DNA of 64,000 nt from an uncultured virus (IMG/VR IMGVR_UViG_3300010299_000003) (Duplodnaviria; Heunggongvirae; Uroviricota; Caudoviricetes). Positions 1-8,730 of the stretch are shown in pieces. The number at the start of each line of letters is the position of its first letter. Position 1 is the first letter of the stretch. The stretch is from the IMG/VR virus record IMGVR_UViG_3300010299_000003; one strand, given 5' to 3'. The notes below the pieces were generated by a model. It saw only the letters and a list, made by a program, of their open reading frames with translations. It ran no database searches and was not told the origin of the DNA. The position numbers were made by a program, and so were the translations under genes.

Positions 1-16
1 TCTTAAAAAAAATAAT

Positions 17-2782
17 TTGAAAAAAGCTATTTTTGTAGATACAAAAAGACAAGTCGTTGAAGAATCATATTTGACAGATGATGCCATAATCACTGAAATA
101 TACAGTGCTATGGATGATATGATATTAGATGACATAGAAGATAATGATATACCACAATTAACAAATAAATTAAAAAGATTAGATAAATTAAAAAAAACTT
201 ATGAAAGTACTTTAAATAGACCACTTTCACAAAAACAAGAGAGAGATAGAAGAGCTTTAAATGGCTCAATTAAAAAATTTTCAGTTTCAATACAAAGAGC
301 AATAAAAATAAAACAAGAAGAAAATGCTAAAAAAGGTATTGCAGAAAAACTATTTCCAAAATTTGCTAAAAAAGTAGGCAAAGAGTTTTTAGAAAATTTA
401 GAATCATCTTTAACTGACGATCCTAATGATATGGTAGGGGGAATATTAGGTTTTGGAGTATCAAAATATAAAGAATATAAAGAAGAAAAAAAAGAAAAAT
501 TAGAAGAAGAGAAGGAAAAACAAAAAGAAATGAAAGACGCAGAATTTGAAGATTCCAAAAGAATGTTCACTGCCGCTGGATATGATTCTCCTTATTCTGT
601 AATAAACGCAAAAAGTAATAAAAAATCAGCCGAAAGTGAGACTGACTATGAAGATTTAGATTTCAGTTCAATGGATTCGTTGAGTTCAATGAATTCGTCA
701 TTTTCCGATTCAAGTATTTCTGGTTCAAGTAATGCTATTGTTGAAATTCTAAAACAAATATCAGATAACACAATTTTCAATGATATAATAGCACAAAGTT
801 TAGAAAAAATTGCTATGACTTCTGACTATGTTGTATATACAGAAAATATAGCAGAAAACACAGATGCAATAAAAATTGGAATTGATAGGTTATTGCGATA
901 TTCAGAAAAAGCTGATATTAGAGATACCGATTGGAGAATGGATGAATTAGAAGCACGAAGGGAAGCTAAAAAAATAGATTTTACACAAGATAAAATGACA
1001 AGCGAAGGCCCATCAGGAGAATCTGGTAGTGGTGGTGGAATTTTAAGTAGCGCATTAGGAGGTGTATTGGGTGGAGCCGCATTGAAAAAAACATTAGGTG
1101 GATTATTTAAAAAAATGTTTAATCCAAAAACTATGCTTAAAGTTTTGGGAAAAGCTGTCACTAAACTTGCGCTACCACTAACTATAATTGCATCTCTTGG
1201 TGCTGGAATAATAGATGGCTTTAAAGAATATCAAAAAACTGGTTCAATAAAAGATGCATTAGTTGCAGGAGTTTCTGGAATAATAGATTTTCTTACATTT
1301 GGTCTTTTTGATATAGAAAAAGTTAAAAAATTTATTGAGCCATTTATGGCTTTTAACGTCAAAATAATTGGAGGTTATTTTAATTTTTTGAAAAGTACTT
1401 TTACTGCAATATGGAATGCTGGAAAAAGTATGATAGATAAATTATTGAATATTGTTGATCAAATACAATTAACCGCAATAGATTGGGCAATAAGTCTACT
1501 ATCTAAAATTCCTATTGGAACTGGAGGATTAATTGACTCTCTAAAAAAACAAAAACAAGATGTTCAAAAAGGAATTGAAGCAAGACAATCTATAGTAAGT
1601 GACATAGATTCTTCGCCAGTTTTAGGAGAAGATAAAACATCCACAACATCTACTGGAACATCATCTATGACAATGCCAATGGAGTCATATTCTAAAGAAC
1701 CTCTGTCTGCAAAAGATACCAAATCTAATCTAATAAAAGATTTAGAATCTCAAGGAATAACCGACAAAGATGCTCAAGCAAATATATTAGCAAATATAAA
1801 AGCAGAATCAAACTTTAAACCTCAAAGTGAAAATTTAAATTATTCTGCTAAAACATTAATGAGATTGTTTGGGCCAGGAAGTGGTAATAAAGTTAGAGTC
1901 AAAAGCATGGCTGAAGCACAAGCTATTGTAGATCAGGGCCCAGAAGCTGTAGGAAATCTGATATATGGCGGAAGAATGGGAAATAAAGCCGACGAAGGCT
2001 TTAAATATAGAGGTAGAGGTCTTGTTCAACTAACTGGAAAAAATAACTATGAAGAAATGGGTAAAAAATTGGGGCTTGATTTAGTTAATGATCCAGATTT
2101 AGCAAATCAACCAGAAATTGCATCAAAAATTGCGGCACAATATTATGCAGATAGAAAAAATAGATTCAATTATAAAGATATATCACAAGTAGCAAAAGCT
2201 ACAGGACATGCTGGAGGTCAAGCAGAGACATTAAAAAGAGCACAATATGCACAGCAAATAAAAATGGAGATGTCATCTACTGAAAGTCAACCTCAACTAA
2301 AATTATTAAAGGGTGAAGAAGGTGTCGATTGGGTTAAAGATGTAGATGGAAATATTATAAAAGGTAAAGAAAATGTAGATTGGGTTAGAGATGAAAATGG
2401 AGATATTTTAGATATGCATTTTGATAGCGAGAGGGTTCGTGATCGCAATCCAAACAAATATAAAAAAGTAAGAGATCCTTGGAAAGGAATAATGCCAAGT
2501 GAAATTTCACCAGAAACAAGAAAAATGATGGAAGAAGAGGCCAATTTAAATAAACGTCCACCAGCAATTCAAATGGCTGCAAATCAAACTAGAGAAACTC
2601 CAAATCCATATTTAACTGTTACAAAAACTAAATCAGGAAGTGATAATAATCAACCAGTAATAATTAATAATAACAATAATAAAACAACTGCCATCCCATC
2701 TCAAACAAAAAGCTCTCCACCAGAAAGAACCGATACTGGAACTTCAAGTAGGAGAGCATCTTTTACATCGGCATTTTCATAG
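17..2782 (+). CDS. Baseplate hub/tape-measure-like tail protein with a GH19-type (lysozyme-fold) peptidoglycan hydrolase domain
   Basis: 921 aa. Coiled-coil N-terminus, Gly/hydrophobic tape-measure-like middle, then AESNF...ENLNYSA...YGGRMGN...YRGRGLVQLTGKNNY (GH19 signature), then a low-complexity NNNN C-terminus. Converges on gene 32. Confidence 0.75.
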   Translation: MKKAIFVDTKRQVVEESYLTDDAIITEIYSAMDDMILDDIEDNDIPQLTNKLKRLDKLKKTYESTLNRPLSQKQERDRRALNGSIKKFSVSIQRAIKIKQEENAKKGIAEKLFPKFAKKVGKEFLENLESSLTDDPNDMVGGILGFGVSKYKEYKEEKKEKLEEEKEKQKEMKDAEFEDSKRMFTAAGYDSPYSVINAKSNKKSAESETDYEDLDFSSMDSLSSMNSSFSDSSISGSSNAIVEILKQISDNTIFNDIIAQSLEKIAMTSDYVVYTENIAENTDAIKIGIDRLLRYSEKADIRDTDWRMDELEARREAKKIDFTQDKMTSEGPSGESGSGGGILSSALGGVLGGAALKKTLGGLFKKMFNPKTMLKVLGKAVTKLALPLTIIASLGAGIIDGFKEYQKTGSIKDALVAGVSGIIDFLTFGLFDIEKVKKFIEPFMAFNVKIIGGYFNFLKSTFTAIWNAGKSMIDKLLNIVDQIQLTAIDWAISLLSKIPIGTGGLIDSLKKQKQDVQKGIEARQSIVSDIDSSPVLGEDKTSTTSTGTSSMTMPMESYSKEPLSAKDTKSNLIKDLESQGITDKDAQANILANIKAESNFKPQSENLNYSAKTLMRLFGPGSGNKVRVKSMAEAQAIVDQGPEAVGNLIYGGRMGNKADEGFKYRGRGLVQLTGKNNYEEMGKKLGLDLVNDPDLANQPEIASKIAAQYYADRKNRFNYKDISQVAKATGHAGGQAETLKRAQYAQQIKMEMSSTESQPQLKLLKGEEGVDWVKDVDGNIIKGKENVDWVRDENGDILDMHFDSERVRDRNPNKYKKVRDPWKGIMPSEISPETRKMMEEEANLNKRPPAIQMAANQTRETPNPYLTVTKTKSGSDNNQPVIINNNNNKTTAIPSQTKSSPPERTDTGTSSRRASFTSAFS
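2309..2410 (+). repeat. Degenerate in-frame 51-bp tandem duplication (KGEEGVDWVKDVDGNII / KGKENVDWVRDENGDIL)
   Basis: Two adjacent 17-codon units seen directly. Confidence 0.85.
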
Positions 2783-2783
2783 A

Positions 2784-3713
2784 CTAATCTTCATTTGCTA
2801 ATGCTTGCAAATAAGATAGATCATCATCTACTTCAACATCATTAGATGGCAAATCATCATCTGATAGATCCAAATCTGATGCAGACTCTTGTTTTGTACT
2901 TATTAACTTGGAAGATTGTGTAGCTTCAGAAAGAGCTTTACTTGAAGCTAGACCCAAAACTCTATCCAATCTCTTCTTTAACTCTTCATATGATTTAAAC
3001 TCTGATGGAGCAGTCAATTCAGAAAGAGAGTGTTGTTTCTTCCACAGTGCTTCAATTTCTACATCATCACCATCATGTAGTGCAGAAGGCGATGAAAATG
3101 TCGATTGATCATAATTAGGATATCCTTCCACCTTTCTACACTTCAGCTTAAAGTTAGCACCATTCCACGGACAAAAAGGATTTAAAGGATCTTTTTGATC
3201 TACTGGATCGTGCTCAGGAATCATAGCCTCTTGTATTTTTTGAAATATCTTTTTACCATACTTGAATAAAAAGATTTTACCTTCATTTTCAGGATTAGCA
3301 GGATCTTTAACAACTAAAATATTAGAAATATATCTTTGAGTTCTCTTTTGTTTTCTAGCCAGATCTTTATTTGCTTCTACACCCGAAGTCCATAACTCAT
3401 TATTATATTCAAAGACAGGATCTTTTTCTCCTTTACCCAAACTAGTTCTTGACTTTTCAATATACCATCCACCAGGACCTTGAAATGCGTGTTCATATAG
3501 TGTCACCCACGGTAGACTATCACCTTCAGATTCTGGCAAGAATCTAATAACAGCCGCACCTACACCAGACTTGTCAACTTGTAGTCGCCAAAATCTATCA
3601 TCAGATGATGATGAATTTTTACTATCACTTTTTGTATTAAGTTTTTCTAATTCGTCTTGAAGTTTTGTAACACCAGCTAAACCTTTATTCTTTTTTAAAT
3701 CTGCAAAAGACAT
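2784..3713 (-). CDS. gp32: Single-stranded DNA-binding protein gp32
   Basis: DDRFW, AVIRFLP, HAFQGPGGWYIE, GANFKLK, NYDQSTF motifs and acidic tail DDDLSYLQALANED. Confidence 0.97.
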   Translation of the reverse strand: MSFADLKKNKGLAGVTKLQDELEKLNTKSDSKNSSSSDDRFWRLQVDKSGVGAAVIRFLPESEGDSLPWVTLYEHAFQGPGGWYIEKSRTSLGKGEKDPVFEYNNELWTSGVEANKDLARKQKRTQRYISNILVVKDPANPENEGKIFLFKYGKKIFQKIQEAMIPEHDPVDQKDPLNPFCPWNGANFKLKCRKVEGYPNYDQSTFSSPSALHDGDDVEIEALWKKQHSLSELTAPSEFKSYEELKKRLDRVLGLASSKALSEATQSSKLISTKQESASDLDLSDDDLPSNDVEVDDDLSYLQALANED

Positions 3714-3789
3714 ATCTATTTCTCCATATAATATAATTTCACTATAACTTTAGTGTTCTAAACAATATTAGCAAACGATAAACCACAAA

Positions 3790-4407
3790 TCAAGTTTTTT
3801 TTTGTAAAAAAACATTTTTCATTGACTTTTTATACTTGTTTAGATCTACTTGAACAAATGATGAGTATTTTATACATTTTCGTTTAAATTCTGGCCAAAT
3901 TATTTCATCTTCAATATTTTTTCCCATTGTATTCATGAAGTTTAATACCTTATTCATTATTATAAATGTCTCCAATGAAATTTCCTTTTTTATAGCTAGA
4001 TTTACTATTAAAGGCCAATTATCATTATTTGCTATTTTAAAAATATCATCAAAAGTCAAATTGTATGAAATTAAAATATCGTTTATTTTATTCAAATCTT
4101 GCTTAAAAGTGTAATCTAAAGATTGTTGCGTTTTTTTCCAATTTTGAAATTTTTGTCTACATTCATCTGATAATATATCACCTATCCATAAATTTTCATT
4201 TTCTAAAAAATTAGCAACCAATAAAAATTCGTACTCTTTATCATCATATAGTTTGCATATTCTATCAAAAAAATACTTATCTTTTCTAGTTAAGAATTTA
4301 TCTTTTGATACTTTCACAACCCCATTAAATTTAAAATAATCATATTTTTCTTGTTGGAAGTGTAACTTTATAGCAACATATTTTTTGTATGCTTCATACG
4401 AATTCAT
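3790..4407 (-). CDS. gp59: Helicase loader gp59
   Basis: YVAIKLHF..YDYFKFNG, RKDKYFF, ISLETF motifs; 33-59-32 synteny. Confidence 0.93.
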   Translation of the reverse strand: MNSYEAYKKYVAIKLHFQQEKYDYFKFNGVVKVSKDKFLTRKDKYFFDRICKLYDDKEYEFLLVANFLENENLWIGDILSDECRQKFQNWKKTQQSLDYTFKQDLNKINDILISYNLTFDDIFKIANNDNWPLIVNLAIKKEISLETFIIMNKVLNFMNTMGKNIEDEIIWPEFKRKCIKYSSFVQVDLNKYKKSMKNVFLQKKT

Positions 4408-4410
4408 GAT

Positions 4411-4641
4411 TTAAAATAATTTAGATGGTTTTTTACCTCTATAGATCAAGTTCAAATCTATTGCTTCTGCTTCTATTTTTTGTTTTATATTAACATTCAA
4501 CAGCTTTGATATTTTTTCTGGTTCTAAATTATTTTTTTCCATATATTCACATACAGCTTCAAAATATGTTAATTTATCTACTCTAACAATTTTTTCTATT
4601 TCCTGTGAGAATGTAGTTTGCGTAAATACTTTTAAAGTCAT
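4411..4641 (-). CDS. gp33: Late transcription coactivator gp33
   Basis: FSQEIEKIV..YFEAVCEY..KQKIEAEAIDLNLI; synteny. Confidence 0.92.
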   Translation of the reverse strand: MTLKVFTQTTFSQEIEKIVRVDKLTYFEAVCEYMEKNNLEPEKISKLLNVNIKQKIEAEAIDLNLIYRGKKPSKLF

Positions 4642-4871
4642 TATATTAATCCATTATCATTTAATAATTTTTCTAGAGTAGAATCTTCCATGTAACCACC
4701 AATATCAAATTGATCTATTGATAGTGTATCAACAAGTTTATCATCACAAATTATTTTTGTTCTACCACACCTATAAGATATTTTAATTTTTTTTCCATCT
4801 ACAGTTTTACCTTCCCATTCAGATGGAAATCCTAAATGAGTTCTCACTAAAGATGAAAAATCTATTTTCAT
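4641..4871 (-). CDS. Hypothetical protein (PSxWEG motif)
   Basis: Translationally coupled ORF; resembles its neighbour 4868..5149. Confidence 0.7.
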   Translation of the reverse strand: MKIDFSSLVRTHLGFPSEWEGKTVDGKKIKISYRCGRTKIICDDKLVDTLSIDQFDIGGYMEDSTLEKLLNDNGLI

Positions 4872-5149
4872 TTTTTCTCCAATAAATCATAATTATCTAG
4901 TATTTCATATAGTACATCAGTGCTTATATGACTACATTCTGGTTTATGTAAAATATCTTCTATAGATAGTACCAGATATTGTTTTAAATTACAAGTATTT
5001 AAATCTATTTTTTCTACGGAAGAGTATATATCTAATTCATCATTATCATATACTATATAACAAAAAGATTCATCATCAAATTTACCTTCCCATATACTAG
5101 GTAGTGTTTCACTAATTTGATTTAATTTTGAAAAAACTATTTTTTTCAT
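4868..5149 (-). CDS. Hypothetical protein (PSxWEG motif)
   Basis: ATGA overlap with the next gene; downstream of a TATAAATA late promoter. Confidence 0.7.
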   Translation of the reverse strand: MKKIVFSKLNQISETLPSIWEGKFDDESFCYIVYDNDELDIYSSVEKIDLNTCNLKQYLVLSIEDILHKPECSHISTDVLYEILDNYDLLEKK

Positions 5150-5189
5150 TATAAATCTAGCCCATAATGATGAATCTAAACTATATTTT

Positions 5190-5197
5190 TATTTATA
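5190..5197 (-). promoter_or_regulatory. T4-type late promoter TATAAATA
   Basis: Exact consensus in intergenic DNA about 40 bp upstream of the ORF starting at 5149. Confidence 0.6.
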
Positions 5198-5309
5198 GAC
5201 AAAATTTTGCACAAAAAAGATAACAAACATACGCCATCTTTAATAAGGTAGCACAAATTGTATTGATAAGAAAATTAATTTTATATTAAATGTTTAAGAA
5301 AAATTTGAG

Positions 5310-5347
5310 AAAAAAGAAGTTCCGAATTATTTTAATTTGCTCGGAAC
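5310..5347 (-). terminator. Intrinsic terminator
   Basis: GTTCCGA-N15-TCGGAAC followed by TTCTTTTTT on the minus strand. Confidence 0.6.
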
Positions 5348-5510
5348 CACACAAAATAATAAGATATTTTATCAATATCTTTTTGGTGCAATCGCCACAT
5401 AGTAGTGTCCAATGGTTATTTTAAGTATCTTGAAAGTAGTGACTTAAAACTTCAGGTTATAGTGTTGTTATATGCGCTACCAACTACTACGCAAGTCGTA
5501 TTAAGTTTAT
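5310..5510 (-). ncRNA. Candidate ~200-nt structured non-coding RNA
   Basis: Region lacks a long ORF and is richer in GC than its flanks. It has nested stems, an upstream TTGTGT-N17-TATACT promoter and a downstream terminator. Confidence 0.5.
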
Positions 5511-5516
5511 CAATCA

Positions 5517-5545
5517 AGTATAGTATATATATAAACTGCACACAA
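5517..5545 (-). promoter_or_regulatory. Sigma70-like promoter for the candidate ncRNA
   Basis: -35 TTGTGT (5545-5540), 17-bp spacer, -10 TATACT (5522-5517). Confidence 0.45.
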
Positions 5546-5569
5546 AAAATTCATTTTTTTTAAAAAAAA

Positions 5570-5923
5570 TTATCTTAAATTTTGGATTTGTCTAATTACA
5601 TTGGTGACGGTATTTGCAGTTGTATGAACTGCATTGATATTATTCATAATGTTTCTATAACGGATTTGATTATTTTGAGCATTTCTGGCATTATTATTCA
5701 TCATTTCTCTATTAATTTCACTTTGAGATCTCATTCTTAAAGATTCTTGTTGGTATCTTTCATTTAATATTTGAGTTTTTATGCGTTCTCTAGCCAATTC
5801 TATCTCTAATGATTGAAGATCATCATCAAAAGATTGTCCGTATGAAAAATCCACAGATAACAATTTTAACATAATTATTAAAAGTATGGTAATTTTAAAC
5901 ATTTTTTTTACATTCATAGTCAC
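5570..5923 (-). CDS. Hypothetical exported/membrane protein
   Basis: Signal-peptide-like N-terminus followed by an N/Q/R-rich coiled coil. Confidence 0.65.
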   Translation of the reverse strand: MTMNVKKMFKITILLIIMLKLLSVDFSYGQSFDDDLQSLEIELARERIKTQILNERYQQESLRMRSQSEINREMMNNNARNAQNNQIRYRNIMNNINAVHTTANTVTNVIRQIQNLR

Positions 5924-5952
5924 ACCTAATGTATAGTTTAAGCTATAATATT

Positions 5953-5982
5953 ATTATACCATAAATTTCCACAACTAGTCAA
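5953..5982 (-). promoter_or_regulatory. Sigma70-like early promoter
   Basis: TTGACT-N18-TATAAT with TGn extended -10. Confidence 0.65.
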
Positions 5983-6068
5983 GCACTACTTTACGGTTAA
6001 AAGTAGACCATAAAGTATTAAAATAATAAAAGAAACTACTACTAAAGGGTATATTTTATCCATAATTA

Positions 6069-6401
6069 TTACTCTTCAAAGTGTTTAAAGTAATAGCCCA
6101 ATCTTTCTAATTGATCTTTTATTTCTGAATATATTAGTCCATTTTTTGACATATCTAAATGTAGAAAATTAAAAGTTTCATTAGAAGAAAAAATTTTTAT
6201 GTTACGAACTAGTTTAAAACTATTTTCTGCATTATACTTAATAACAAAAGAATTATTTTTTGTAGAAAAAATTTCATTATCACACAATGCATAATAAAAC
6301 TTTTCAGCAAATTCATCAATTTTCATTAAATTCAAAAAAGTATTATCGTTATATAATATACTTTCAAATTCATTTATTTCACTTTTTAATTCATGTTGCA
6401 T
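6069..6401 (-). CDS. Hypothetical protein
   Basis: 110-aa ORF in operon context. Confidence 0.6.
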   Translation of the reverse strand: MQHELKSEINEFESILYNDNTFLNLMKIDEFAEKFYYALCDNEIFSTKNNSFVIKYNAENSFKLVRNIKIFSSNETFNFLHLDMSKNGLIYSEIKDQLERLGYYFKHFEE

Positions 6402-6405
6402 AAAA

Positions 6406-6879
6406 TTAATTTAAATTAACATTTATTGATTCATCATTATCTTCTTTGGAATTGTTTTTAAGTTCTTTAATTTCTTTTTCATATTTACTTAAAACCTTTA
6501 CAACATTTTCCATAAAACTAACATCATCCATACTTTCCAAAACATCTTCACTTAATTTTGGTCTATCATCAATTCCGACTTGTCTCAATTCCCAAGCTAT
6601 TAGAAAAAATAAACAACAACCAGCACTAGCTAAATGACTTAATGATGTTTCTTTATCTTTATCTTGACCATGATACCAAATAGTTAGATGTCTTTGGAGA
6701 GCACCAAATGCTCTAGACCAATTCATTCCTTTTTCCCAATTCCTTTCTGAATACTTTTCTGCACCAAAAGTTAATACTTTTGCTATTTCATTTACTACAT
6801 CATAAGGCACAAGATCCATTCTAACTTTCTTTTTATCATATTTAACACCTTGATTTTTTTTACTCATCACATACCCCAA
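6406..6879 (-). CDS. dATP/dGTP diphosphohydrolase-domain protein
   Basis: GVKYDKKKVRMDLVP..VLTFGAEKYSERNWEKG..ALQRHL..SHLA pattern of this phage family. Confidence 0.85.
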   Translation of the reverse strand: MGYVMSKKNQGVKYDKKKVRMDLVPYDVVNEIAKVLTFGAEKYSERNWEKGMNWSRAFGALQRHLTIWYHGQDKDKETSLSHLASAGCCLFFLIAWELRQVGIDDRPKLSEDVLESMDDVSFMENVVKVLSKYEKEIKELKNNSKEDNDESINVNLN

Positions 6880-6939
6880 TTATATTGAAAATTATTATTA
6901 GAACATTTTACACCAAATTAAATAAAAATCAATATAATT

Positions 6940-7704
6940 TTAATCAATTCCTAATTTAATTCTAGTTAGCAAATATTCTTTTACAAATCCAGATCTAACA
7001 ATATCTTCAATATCGAATTTAACTGCACAAAAAGATCTCATAGATTTTGCAACAGTTAATAATATATTCATTCCAGTATTTTGTTGTTTTTTTCCAGTCA
7101 TTTTCAAATCATCTTGTCTGGTATCACCACACAAAATTACCCTAGAATTTTTTCCAATTCTAGTTAATATTGAATTTATTTCATGGTCTGTACAATTTTG
7201 AACTTCATCTACTACTATTAATGCGTTATCAAATGTAACACCACGAATAAATGAAGTTGACATGAACTCTAAAAAATCTTTCTTTTTTAATAGATCATAC
7301 ACATCTCTTCTACCATTACATAATTCAGAAAATATTTCTCGATATGGAGTCTCATACAAAGCCATTTTTTCTTGTAAAGTGCCAGGCAAAAAACCCTGAT
7401 CTCTTGTACTAACAGCACTTCTAATAATTATTATTTTTCTAACATTACCCAAAAGTAGATCTCTCAAAGCAAAGTATGATGCTAAAAAAGTTTTACCACT
7501 GCCAGCAACACCATACATAATTAAATTTTTTGAATTTTCATTTGCCATAAAACACTCTTTCTGATTTATGGTCAATGGTGTTATTTCATTAAATTTGAAA
7601 TTATGTTTTAATATTTTCTTTTGTCTTCTATAAGGATCTTTTTCATGTTCGACAATAGATTCTTCAATCTCATATTCATCAACATTTTTAGGTCTTCTTC
7701 CCAT
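6940..7704 (-). CDS. phoH: PhoH-like ATPase
   Basis: GVAGSGKT Walker A, GFLPG, FIRGVTF, VDEVQN, TRIG, GDTRQ, DIVRSG. Confidence 0.95.
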   Translation of the reverse strand: MGRRPKNVDEYEIEESIVEHEKDPYRRQKKILKHNFKFNEITPLTINQKECFMANENSKNLIMYGVAGSGKTFLASYFALRDLLLGNVRKIIIIRSAVSTRDQGFLPGTLQEKMALYETPYREIFSELCNGRRDVYDLLKKKDFLEFMSTSFIRGVTFDNALIVVDEVQNCTDHEINSILTRIGKNSRVILCGDTRQDDLKMTGKKQQNTGMNILLTVAKSMRSFCAVKFDIEDIVRSGFVKEYLLTRIKLGID

Positions 7705-7967
7705 TAATAATCCTTTAAATTGTGTCTTGCTTTTCCAATACCACTCTTTATTTGTTGCATTCTATCTCTAAATTGTCCAGTGGGTTTTTTTAAACCATCA
7801 ACTCTAAATGGACTCATTAAAGATGGTGCAGTAATACATAACTCTATTGTATCAGATTGTGAGCAATTAGGACAAGGTTCTTTTGTAGGCAATTCTCTAT
7901 CACTTATTTTTAATATTTTATCAAAAGTTATATTACACTCATTACAAATATAATCATAAGTTGGCAT
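7704..7967 (-). CDS. FmdB-family zinc-ribbon protein
   Basis: MPTYDYICNEC...CPNC. Start reassigned to the ATG at 7967, behind a GGAG SD. Confidence 0.85.
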   Translation of the reverse strand: MPTYDYICNECNITFDKILKISDRELPTKEPCPNCSQSDTIELCITAPSLMSPFRVDGLKKPTGQFRDRMQQIKSGIGKARHNLKDY

Positions 7968-8526
7968 AAACATCTCCATTAGAAAACCAAGATGGTACAT
8001 CTCTATTAGTCCACTTAGCAAATTTTGCTTTTTCTGCAATATAATATTTTCGATATGCCACTACTGGATTTTGATCTTTGTATTGATCTGGCATAGCTTG
8101 TGCAGGCTCAGATATAGATTTATTTGAAATAGATTTTGGCGCAGTTTTTAACAAATCTCTGAACATAGAATCACACTTATGAACTTTTCCATACCTATAT
8201 GTATATTCATCACATAAACATATAAACAAATTATATAACCACATATAATTATTTATGCTATCTCTAGACCATATTGCACAAGGATGGTTAATATGAGTAG
8301 CAGAATATAATATAGATTCTAAGTTAGAGTCTGACAGTCTATATCTTTTGACAGTTCTTTTTTTATTAGCTTTATTGATTTTAGTCTCTGTATATTCTGC
8401 ACCATCCAGAATTCTATGCGAAGTGCATAATAACTGAGCAGATTCTAGTATCATTTTAACAACATGCTTATCGATGTGTTCTTTTGATGCAACTTGTGGA
8501 TTGTTAGATAGATAAAATATATTCAT
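7954..8526 (-). CDS. Pyrimidine-dimer DNA glycosylase (DenV-like) family protein
   Basis: MNIFYL..DKHVVKMILESAQLL..HINHPCAIW..NYMWL..EYTYRYGKVH..QAMPD..AYRKYY. Confidence 0.8.
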   Translation of the reverse strand: MNIFYLSNNPQVASKEHIDKHVVKMILESAQLLCTSHRILDGAEYTETKINKANKKRTVKRYRLSDSNLESILYSATHINHPCAIWSRDSINNYMWLYNLFICLCDEYTYRYGKVHKCDSMFRDLLKTAPKSISNKSISEPAQAMPDQYKDQNPVVAYRKYYIAEKAKFAKWTNRDVPSWFSNGDVYANL

Positions 8527-8532
8527 AAATAC

Positions 8533-8543
8533 ATTATATCACA
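8533..8543 (-). promoter_or_regulatory. Extended -10 early promoter motif TGTGATATAAT
   Basis: Identical 11-mer also at 15495-15505 and 44400-44410; one-mismatch copy at 43070-43080. Confidence 0.6.
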
Positions 8544-8577
8544 AATTTTATGTTAGTAAAATATAAAAAGAGGAAAT

Positions 8578-8721
8578 ATGAGTATTAAAAATAGAGTAAA
8601 ATGTATAGTTTGCAAAATTCTTGTAAAACTTGGATTAAAAAAACCTTGCAAATCTAAATGTGTAGTTAAACCAAAGAAAGCTACTAAAAATAAAAAATCA
8701 GTAGCAAAAACTAAGAAATAA
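8578..8721 (+). CDS. Small Lys/Cys-rich basic protein (47 aa; not in ORF track)
   Basis: GAGG SD, then MSIKNRVKCIVCKILVKLGLKKPCKSKCVVKPKKATKNKKSVAKTKK*. Fills the gap between two minus-strand genes. Confidence 0.6.
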   Translation: MSIKNRVKCIVCKILVKLGLKKPCKSKCVVKPKKATKNKKSVAKTKK

Positions 8722-8730
8722 GAGTTTCTA

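Noticed and set aside
3714..3789. Gene 32 autoregulatory pseudoknot
   Set aside because: Only a 5-bp CACTA/TAGTG stem and a 3-bp second stem are visible, too weak to call in AT-rich DNA.
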